Shown here piece by piece: positions 19,411-26,563 of a stretch of DNA of 28,941 nt. Numbering within the stretch: position 1 is the first letter of the stretch; each line of letters opens with the position of its first letter. The DNA lies in the IMG/VR virus record IMGVR_UViG_3300049595_003752, positions 76,163-105,103 of that record; one strand, 5' to 3'. Source of the stretch: a virus. Lineage: Duplodnaviria > Heunggongvirae > Uroviricota > Caudoviricetes. The position numbers and the translations under genes were made by a program. The notes under the pieces were generated by a model, which did no database searches, had not been told where the DNA came from, and saw nothing but the letters and a program-made list of their open reading frames with translations.

Positions 19411-19441
19411 CAAAGATATAAAGTTTTTTGACTTAGGCAAA
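19411..19441 (-). promoter_or_regulatory. Bacteroidota primary-sigma promoter (-33 TTTG, 19-nt spacer, -7 TATCTTTG)
   Basis: Minus strand reads TTTG (19441-19438), 19 nt, TATCTTTG (19418-19411), matching the TTTG-N19-21-TAnnTTTG consensus. Confidence 0.8.
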
Positions 19442-19443
19442 AA

Positions 19444-20976
19444 TTAAATAGAAATTTCTTCTACTTTTCCTTCAACTTCAAAAGGATATATTGGAGACCA
19501 TTCTGTAATATCGTTTGACATTACGGGTTTACCACCTTCCATTCTATTAACAGCAATTGTAATATGTGGGATTTTATTTTGTGTTTTAATTTCGGATTCC
19601 ACCTTAACAGCCACAACTTTGTCTGTTTGTCCTATATGAGTTACTAATAAATCAAAGGGTTGGTCTAAAAGAGGTTTAGACTCTTCTTTAAGTGGGCCCA
19701 TATTGATGGTCATGTGATGCCCAATAAATTCCCAATCTTTTGGGTGCGGAATATATTTTTTTAATAGTTTTCTTGATTCTTCATTAAGAATTACGCCTGA
19801 ATAACTTACCTTTTTTTTAGATTCATTCATAAGTTTTAAAAATTTTTCTTTTTCTATTCTTTCTTTTTCTTGGCCAATTTCACGACCTTTAAAACCTTTT
19901 TTTATTAGGTCATCACCTGAAGTTGTTATTTTATATTCTAAAAAAGTGTCTACAATTTTATTAGGTATTTTCATTAAGTTACTAAATGTTCTTAGTGTTT
20001 CTTCAGATATCCCGATAACTTCAAATCTTTCACGTAATTTATAAACATCTGTCCCGTATTGTAAAAACTTAATTAAGAAACTGATTTCTTTTACTTCATC
20101 AACTGTATACTTAAGCTTGTTAACTAATGTTTTTTCAACCAATGTAGGCTCGTTACTTTGTAGTAAAACAGCTATAAGTACGTTAGCCTCTTTAGTCTCA
20201 ATTAAAGGTTCTGTTGTAACTACAAGTCTACCAAATATCCAGTCCCAAAGATTGTACTTAGTTATTAATTGTGTAAAATACCCTACAGACTGTGCTTGTT
20301 TAATACCTTTAAGAAATTCATCTCTAATACGTTCTTGTGATATTGGAAGTCCGTTACCACTAATAGTGGTTTTATCTTTACTTATAGCACTTTCAATGTC
20401 TTTATCCACATCGGAACCAACACGGGCGGCAAATCTAAGTGCTCTAAGTACACGTAGTTTATCCTCATCGAAACGCTCTACTGCTGAACCAACTGTTCTA
20501 ACCACGTTTCTTTCAATGTCACCAATACCACCAACCAAGTCAACCACTTCACCTTTATCTATATCATAGAAAAGAGCGTTGATGGTTAAATCACGACGCT
20601 TAACATCTTGGTCAATTGTAGTAAACTCTACAGAGTCAGGTCGTCTACCTTTACCAATGTCTTTACGGAAAGTAGCTATTTCATATTGACCATCTTCCGT
20701 GACTACGTTAACAATCCCAAATTGTTCACCCAATTCAATTGTACGGTACATGTTTAGAATAGACTTAATTTCTTCGGGTTTAGCGTTAGTAGCTAAATCA
20801 AAATCTTTAGGTTCATTACCATAAAGTAAATCCCGCACAGCACCACCAACAACATATAACTCATAACCGTTTTCCTTGAAAATTTGGTTCATTTTCAATA
20901 CGGAATTAGGTAGGTCCATGTGTATTTTCTTTCTTACCACTTCTTCTTTTAAGATTTTTCGAATCAGGTTCTTCAT
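19444..20976 (-). CDS. cca: Class II tRNA nucleotidyltransferase (CCA-adding enzyme) fused to C-terminal 2H phosphoesterase
   Basis: VGGAVRDLL...KDFDLAT, GEQFG, EIATFRKD..GRRP loop, RRDLTINAL, EDKLRVLRALRF. The C-terminal region (about 19444-19830) has two HxT motifs (HHMTI, PHITI). Confidence 0.88.
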   Translation of the reverse strand: MKNLIRKILKEEVVRKKIHMDLPNSVLKMNQIFKENGYELYVVGGAVRDLLYGNEPKDFDLATNAKPEEIKSILNMYRTIELGEQFGIVNVVTEDGQYEIATFRKDIGKGRRPDSVEFTTIDQDVKRRDLTINALFYDIDKGEVVDLVGGIGDIERNVVRTVGSAVERFDEDKLRVLRALRFAARVGSDVDKDIESAISKDKTTISGNGLPISQERIRDEFLKGIKQAQSVGYFTQLITKYNLWDWIFGRLVVTTEPLIETKEANVLIAVLLQSNEPTLVEKTLVNKLKYTVDEVKEISFLIKFLQYGTDVYKLRERFEVIGISEETLRTFSNLMKIPNKIVDTFLEYKITTSGDDLIKKGFKGREIGQEKERIEKEKFLKLMNESKKKVSYSGVILNEESRKLLKKYIPHPKDWEFIGHHMTINMGPLKEESKPLLDQPFDLLVTHIGQTDKVVAVKVESEIKTQNKIPHITIAVNRMEGGKPVMSNDITEWSPIYPFEVEGKVEEISI

Positions 20977-21031
20977 ATAATGTAAATATATGAATTTATT
21001 GCATATTTATATAGAAAAACTTTTTATAAAA

Positions 21032-21817
21032 ATGAAAATTTTAAAATCTAACGAAACAGGTAAAGGTATCTTAGTCGAATATGACGCGGGTTATATTTCA
21101 CCTGATATATCGTATAAAGGTACAAAAAATGCTGATTTAATTCGTGAATTTAAATCAGGTACAAATATAGGAAAAGACGGTAGTCTACCAGACGTAGTTA
21201 TTGTTTACGCAGTACTTCAAAAATGGGGTATTGAAAATAAAAACGGAAGATTATACCCAAAAGAAATTCTTGAAAGAGAAAATACTAGATACCAAGAATA
21301 TATTAAAATGGGTACATCTCTTGGTGAGTTAAACCACCCTGAATCTTCCATCATTGATGCAGACAGAGTATCTCACAGAATTACTAAAACTTGGTGGGAT
21401 GGTAAAACACTTATGGGTGAGATGGAATTGGATACAACTCCAGGATATCACAAGTTAGGTGTTATTTCTTCGGTTGGTGATAAAGTTGTTAACATGATTA
21501 GAAAAGGTTGGACTGTTGGTATTTCATCTCGTGGTGTTGGATCACTTAAAGTTGAAAACGGTAAAAACGTAGTACAAGATGACTTTGAATTAATTTGTTG
21601 GGATATTGTAACATCTCCGTCAACCCCAGGTTCTTGGATTTCAACTGACGCTGGTGATTTAAAAACATTTACAGAATCAACCCAAGGTTGTAACGGTTAC
21701 TCTTGTCAATGGAACCTAATTGAAGAGGCCCCTAAAAAAGAAACTGTAAGTTTCAAAGATATCACTAACCATAATAGTGATAAATTATTAAACAGTTTAA
21801 ATAAATTTTTAAAATGA
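21032..21817 (+). CDS. gp21: Prohead core protease (T4 gp21-like); start revised from 20990 to 21032
   Basis: NKNGRLYP, GELNHP (His), GISSRGVGS (Ser), WDIVTSPS. ATATTTAT at 21003-21010 lies inside the longer ORF call, which favours the MKILK start. Confidence 0.92.
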   Translation: MKILKSNETGKGILVEYDAGYISPDISYKGTKNADLIREFKSGTNIGKDGSLPDVVIVYAVLQKWGIENKNGRLYPKEILERENTRYQEYIKMGTSLGELNHPESSIIDADRVSHRITKTWWDGKTLMGEMELDTTPGYHKLGVISSVGDKVVNMIRKGWTVGISSRGVGSLKVENGKNVVQDDFELICWDIVTSPSTPGSWISTDAGDLKTFTESTQGCNGYSCQWNLIEEAPKKETVSFKDITNHNSDKLLNSLNKFLK

Positions 21818-22098
21818 GTAAAGTAGTTAGATTAAACGAAAAAGATATTGAAAGATTGGTTAGAAAAATCATGTCCGAAGATAAACAATCGAAGACGGTT
21901 GATATGAAAGGTAAGAAGTGTACCAATTGTAAAAAAGGTAAATACGGTGAAACATCACAACTTGACGATTTAGAAGGTGTACTTCATTGTACAAATTGTG
22001 GAAAAAAAACCGATAGATATGTAGATAAAACCGTAAAAGAATCTTGGCCAAAAAGAGAATTAGAAAGAAAAGTAATTAATTTCCGTAGAGATATTTAA
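21814..22098 (+). CDS. Small zinc-ribbon protein with N-terminal VVRLNEKDIERLVRKIMSE tag
   Basis: CTNC...HCTNC pair. ATGA overlap with the protease gene. Confidence 0.7.
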   Translation: MSKVVRLNEKDIERLVRKIMSEDKQSKTVDMKGKKCTNCKKGKYGETSQLDDLEGVLHCTNCGKKTDRYVDKTVKESWPKRELERKVINFRRDI

Positions 22099-22168
22099 AT
22101 TGCGCAGCTGCGCTTTTGCAAAAGCAGCTTAGCAAGCAGCAAAAGATCTAAAAAATTAAAAATGGAAG

Positions 22169-22199
22169 GGGATATGTAGTTTACATATCCCTTTTTTTT
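22169..22199 (+). terminator. Intrinsic terminator
   Basis: gggatatgta-gtt-tacatatccc plus T8. Confidence 0.85.
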
Positions 22200-22237
22200 A
22201 TATAAAATTACCGTATAACAATTAAAATAATAAACAA

Positions 22238-22471
22238 ATGGATAATAATGTAGCAAAATACTTTTTAGTAAAGGTAGAATTTGAAACCATTAATGAAAGT
22301 AATGGTAAACAGAAAAAAATTAGAACACAATATCTTGTGGATGCAATGACTTGTACTGAGGCTGAAGCTCGTACTCGTACTTATTTAAAAGATTCTGTAA
22401 TGGATTATGAAATTGTAAGTACAACAAAAAGTCCTATTGAAGACGTTATTGAAGTACTTGTAAAGGCTTAA
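22238..22471 (+). CDS. DUF4494-like protein
   Basis: YFLVKVEFE...NGKQKK...YLVDAMTCTEAEAR pattern recalled for the Bacteroidota DUF4494 family. Confidence 0.7.
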   Translation: MDNNVAKYFLVKVEFETINESNGKQKKIRTQYLVDAMTCTEAEARTRTYLKDSVMDYEIVSTTKSPIEDVIEVLVKA

Positions 22472-22944
22472 TGACGATATTGTTTTGGTAAACCTACTTT
22501 GTTAGCAACCTTTTGGAAAACCCCACCATGGTTTCTAGCTTCAGTATCTTCCAATCCGTGAGCGGCATGAATTAATTCGTGTTTAATAATATCTTCAACG
22601 TATTCAGTATCATTAAGGGCCTTGGGATGAATCTTCATTATTCCAAGGTCTTTTTTATTTTCAGGATGTTTAAATGAACCTATCTTTCCGGCTTTAATTT
22701 TATCATCCACTTTAACAACAATGTTATCGTCACTAACAGGTTCTTCACCTGTAATTTCTTTATAAGCTTTTTCTACCTTTTTTTTAATACGGTCCTTCAT
22801 GTTGTCAACTTTTTTAGTTTCTTTTGGAAACTTGGAATTCTTTGTTGCCTTTTCCTGAGCATAGTCAACTTTTCTCATAAAATCATTCGATTCTAAATGA
22901 TCCTCAATAAATTCTCGTAATATTTTTCTGATATTATTTCTCAT
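22468..22944 (-). CDS. SprT-like zinc metallopeptidase domain protein; start revised to 22944 (MRNNIRKILRE)
   Basis: IIKHELIHAAHG...HGGVF (HExxH plus downstream His). TATTTAT (minus, 22956-22950) lies inside the longer 23019 ORF call, 5 nt before the 22944 ATG. Confidence 0.75.
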   Translation of the reverse strand: MRNNIRKILREFIEDHLESNDFMRKVDYAQEKATKNSKFPKETKKVDNMKDRIKKKVEKAYKEITGEEPVSDDNIVVKVDDKIKAGKIGSFKHPENKKDLGIMKIHPKALNDTEYVEDIIKHELIHAAHGLEDTEARNHGGVFQKVANKVGLPKQYRH

Positions 22945-23083
22945 CATAAATAAATATCCCAATTTTTTAATAAAAAAATTACTTTTTTCTCTTGACTTGT
23001 TGCACTTTACTGTAGGCAAACATATTTATTTAAAAATCTTGCATAAGTGTGCAAGATAAATTATAATTCGTTAAAAAATAAAA

Positions 23084-24634
23084 ATGAAAATGGCAAACGA
23101 AAAGAAATCAATTATTGAGGAAGCTCTTCTTGAAGCCGAGCAAATCGACGCCGCTTTCAAATCTAACGCAAAAGAAATACTGTCTCAGACAATGAGTTCA
23201 GAAATTGAAGAAATGGTAAAGGAATCATTAACTGGTTCGAAAAAAAGATTGAAGGAGGAAGATGAAGAGGAAGAAATGGATTTAGACCTTGAATTAGACA
23301 CCGAAGAAGGTGAAGAAGAAGGGGAAGAATTCGAAGAAATGGATTTAGATATGGACACCGAAGAAGGTGAAGAATCTGAAGACATGGATTTAGACATGGA
23401 CATGGATACTGAAGACATGGGTATGGACTTAGATTTAGGCGATGAGTCTGAAGAAGGTTCTGAAATGGATTTAGATATGGATATGGACATGGAAAATGAA
23501 CCGTCTGGTGAGGAAATGGAAACAGTAGACCTTACTAACGTTAGTGATGATTCTAAATTAATCTCCGTTTTTAAAAAAATGGGCCCAGAAGATGAAATAG
23601 AAGTTGTTAACGATAACGGAATGGTTACATTAAAAGATAACAAATCTGGTTCTGAGTACAGAATCGAACTTAATTCAACTGGAGGAGTTTCTAACGTTGA
23701 GACTTCTGAAATTGAATTGGGTGAAGGTACTGAAGAATCTGGTCAAATTATTTATGAAATCGTTGTGGATGATGAAGACGAAATGTCTGATTACATGATG
23801 GATTACGCATCTGATGAAGACGAAATGTCTGATTATATGATGGACTACGCATCTGATGAAGATAAAATGATGGACCATATGGATTACGCATCTGATGAAG
23901 ATGAAATGTCTTCTTACATGGATTATAAGAAAAGTGGTTTAAAGAACCCAGGTAAAGCTGATTTAAATAAAGACCATGACATTACCCCTTACGAAAAGAA
24001 AAGAGGAATGGCAATCGAAAAATCTATGGCCGGTAAAGATGATGAAGATGAAATGTCTTATATGTCTAGAAGAGTAACTACTAAAGGTAGATACGCTACT
24101 GGAAATAGAACAAACACTAATGCCATTAACAGAATGGGTGGTGCTGAATCTTATAAGTCTACTTACGGAATGTCTGAATCAAAAACTCCACAGATTACAA
24201 AACTCATCAAAGAAAATACAAATTTAAATACAAAATTAACATCTATTGAAAGTGAAAATACTGAATTAAAAGATACTCAAGAAAAAATGGTTGAGGCTCT
24301 TAAACAATTCAGAAAGAAACTTCAAGAGGTGGCTGTCTTTAACAGCAATCTTACTTACGCTGTAAGATTATTCACTGAAAACTCTACTACAAAAGAAGAA
24401 AAACAAGAAATTTTAAAAAGATTAGATTCGGCTAAAGATTTAAAAGAATCTCAATCAATTTATAAACAACTTGTTAAAGAATACACCAACGGTAAAGCTA
24501 CTATTAAGGAATCTATCGAAGAGAAAATTAACAAGACTGCTTCTAGTGGGGCACAAATTAGTGAATCAAGCGTATTTGTACACCCTGAGTTACAAAACAT
24601 GAAAAAACTTTGGGAGTACTCATATAAAAAATAA
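23084..24634 (+). CDS. Prohead scaffold/core protein (gp22-like position)
   Basis: Highly acidic, coiled-coil C-terminus, many LxE/IxE motifs, immediately upstream of the major capsid gene. Confidence 0.8.
   Translation: MKMANEKKSIIEEALLEAEQIDAAFKSNAKEILSQTMSSEIEEMVKESLTGSKKRLKEEDEEEEMDLDLELDTEEGEEEGEEFEEMDLDMDTEEGEESEDMDLDMDMDTEDMGMDLDLGDESEEGSEMDLDMDMDMENEPSGEEMETVDLTNVSDDSKLISVFKKMGPEDEIEVVNDNGMVTLKDNKSGSEYRIELNSTGGVSNVETSEIELGEGTEESGQIIYEIVVDDEDEMSDYMMDYASDEDEMSDYMMDYASDEDKMMDHMDYASDEDEMSSYMDYKKSGLKNPGKADLNKDHDITPYEKKRGMAIEKSMAGKDDEDEMSYMSRRVTTKGRYATGNRTNTNAINRMGGAESYKSTYGMSESKTPQITKLIKENTNLNTKLTSIESENTELKDTQEKMVEALKQFRKKLQEVAVFNSNLTYAVRLFTENSTTKEEKQEILKRLDSAKDLKESQSIYKQLVKEYTNGKATIKESIEEKINKTASSGAQISESSVFVHPELQNMKKLWEYSYKK
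23771..23926 (+). repeat. Tandem coding repeat of about 42 nt (DEDEMSDYMMDYAS), about 3.7 copies
   Basis: Units start at 23771, 23813, 23855 and 23894. Confidence 0.9.
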
Positions 24635-24668
24635 TAATAAAAAATAACAAAAACAAAAACCTATAAAA

Positions 24669-26465
24669 ATGGGATATTTATTAAAATCAGGTGAGGTTGG
24701 TAATATCGGATTAAAGCACCAAAAAGCTATCCGTGAGGCAACTGTAAACAAATGGGAATCTTTAGGATTCTTAGAAGGCTTAGAAGGCCATATCAGAGAA
24801 AACATCGCTTTGTTATATGAAAACCAAGCGTCAGTTCTTATCAATGAAACTACCACTGCTGGTGGTGTTGGTACACAAGGAAGTTCTTCTGGTTCTTTCG
24901 AAACAGTTGTATTTCCTATCGTAAGACGTGTGTTCTCTAAATTATTAGCTAACGACATCGTTTCTGTACAAGCATTAAACTTACCTATCGGTAAATTATT
25001 CTACTTCGTACCTAAACGTTCTGAGAGAATTGATGATTCAGCTTTCTTGGCAGGTACAAATGGTGGTACATCTAAACATGGTGAGCCTATCGTTACAACT
25101 TGTGTTGATGCAGCTAGTAACTGTGATTTAACATCATACAGTGCTTGTTTAAAGAATCTTTATGATGCTTTCTACAATGACGGTCTTTTTGATCAATCAA
25201 AAGGTATGATAACTTTAAAAGTTGTTACAGGTTCTACTTGTGTAGTATGGACAGCTTGTACTAATGGATTTGAATTTGGTGCAGGAAAAACTCCAGCAGC
25301 AACTGATGGTTCATTACGTCACCAAATTATTGAAGTTACAGGATTTAATTCAACCGGTGCTGGTCGTTTAATCACTCCAGACGGTAATGAAATGGATACT
25401 GAATCTTTCTTAGCATCTTTAACTGTTTCTGCAACTGCAAACATTCTTGACCCAGCTGGTCAAACAATTTACAGTAACGGTGATTCAATTCCTTTCCGTG
25501 TGGTAACACAAAAATATGGTAAAGGTATTGTTCAGTACGGTGATATCTGTACAGCTGATGGTAAACTTTATATTGAAGTTGACTTAACTCACCCAACTTG
25601 TGTAACTTGTGGTACTAACACATTTGATGGTTACATTGGAGCTGATTATACTGGAACTACTTGTTCTGAAATCGCTGGTTTCATTTCTTGGAGACAATAC
25701 TCTGACCTTGAAGCTGAATCAGAAATGGGAGAAGTTTCTTTCGAACTTCAATCTGTAACTGTATCTGTTACTGAAAGAAAATTAAGAGCTACTTGGACTC
25801 CTGAATTAGCACAAGACGTTAGTGCATTCCACAACATCGATGCTGAAGCTGAATTAACAGCATTATTATCTGAGCAAGTTGCAGCTGAAATTGACCGTGA
25901 AATCTTAATCGATTTACGTAAAGGTGCGGCATGGCAATTACGTTGGGATTACAACGGTTGGAAGCGTTTACCAAACAACAATGGTTACACTCAAAAAGAT
26001 TGGAACCAAACTTTGATGACAGCTATCAACCAAATCTCAGCTCAAATCCATAAATCTACATTAAGAGGTGGAGCTAACTTTATCGTTGTATCTTCTGAGG
26101 TATCAGCAGTATTCGATGATTTAGAATATTTCCACGTATCTAACGCAGCTCCTGAGCAAGATCAGTATAACATGGGTATTGAAAGAGTAGGTTCATTAAG
26201 TGGACGTTACACTGTATACCGTGACCCTTACGCTCCAGCATATTCAGTTATCATTGGACACAAAGGTAAGTCATTGTTAGACACTGGTTACATCTACGCT
26301 CCATACGTACCGATGCAGTTAACACCTACAATGTACAATCCGTTTAACTTCGTACCTGTTAAAGGTATCATGACTCGTTACGCTAAAAAAATGGTGAACA
26401 ACCGCTTTTACGGCCATATCAGAGTTGACGGTTTACGTACTTTTGATGTTAGAGAATTACGTTAA
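24669..26465 (+). CDS. gp23: Major capsid protein (T4 gp23-like)
   Basis: FPIVRRVF..L.A.DIVSVQ, RKLRATWTPELAQD..A.H.IDAEAEL..LLSEQVAAEIDREI, GYIYAPYVP and GIMTRYA motifs. Confidence 0.96.
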   Translation: MGYLLKSGEVGNIGLKHQKAIREATVNKWESLGFLEGLEGHIRENIALLYENQASVLINETTTAGGVGTQGSSSGSFETVVFPIVRRVFSKLLANDIVSVQALNLPIGKLFYFVPKRSERIDDSAFLAGTNGGTSKHGEPIVTTCVDAASNCDLTSYSACLKNLYDAFYNDGLFDQSKGMITLKVVTGSTCVVWTACTNGFEFGAGKTPAATDGSLRHQIIEVTGFNSTGAGRLITPDGNEMDTESFLASLTVSATANILDPAGQTIYSNGDSIPFRVVTQKYGKGIVQYGDICTADGKLYIEVDLTHPTCVTCGTNTFDGYIGADYTGTTCSEIAGFISWRQYSDLEAESEMGEVSFELQSVTVSVTERKLRATWTPELAQDVSAFHNIDAEAELTALLSEQVAAEIDREILIDLRKGAAWQLRWDYNGWKRLPNNNGYTQKDWNQTLMTAINQISAQIHKSTLRGGANFIVVSSEVSAVFDDLEYFHVSNAAPEQDQYNMGIERVGSLSGRYTVYRDPYAPAYSVIIGHKGKSLLDTGYIYAPYVPMQLTPTMYNPFNFVPVKGIMTRYAKKMVNNRFYGHIRVDGLRTFDVRELR

Positions 26466-26487
26466 TCGTATTATACTCTATAAATTT

Positions 26488-26515
26488 AAAAGGGTGGTTT
26501 TTACCACCCTTTTTT
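26488..26515 (+). terminator. Intrinsic terminator after the capsid gene
   Basis: aaaagggtggt-tttt-accaccctttt plus T run. Confidence 0.88.
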
Positions 26516-26547
26516 ATGATCTATTTATAATAAACGTTAATATGGGT

Positions 26548-26563
26548 ATATTTATATTATATG
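26548..26563 (+). repeat. 16-bp direct repeat, left copy (ATATTTATATTATATG)
   Basis: Identical to 27238-27253. Includes the promoter-like motif and the start codon. Confidence 0.9.

Noticed and set aside
6001-20569. Other nested ORFs (6001, 10025, 10394, 12250, 12454, 13382, 15252, 15936, 19194, 20117)
   Set aside because: They lie wholly within well-supported genes, have biased S/L/F/H composition and show no motifs.
19444-20976. Poly(A) polymerase (PcnB) assignment
   Set aside because: It lacks the GRRF-type PAP signature (has GEQFG) and retains the CCA-type flexible loop. An enzyme assay would be decisive.
20990-21031. ORF-track start of the protease at 20990 (similarly SprT at 23019 and the 27784 ORF at 28131)
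   Set aside because: The extensions run across promoter motifs or a terminator hairpin, so downstream starts fit better.
23771-23926. Tandem 42-nt repeats as a possible CRISPR array
   Set aside because: In-frame coding repeats without unique spacers, and no cas genes.
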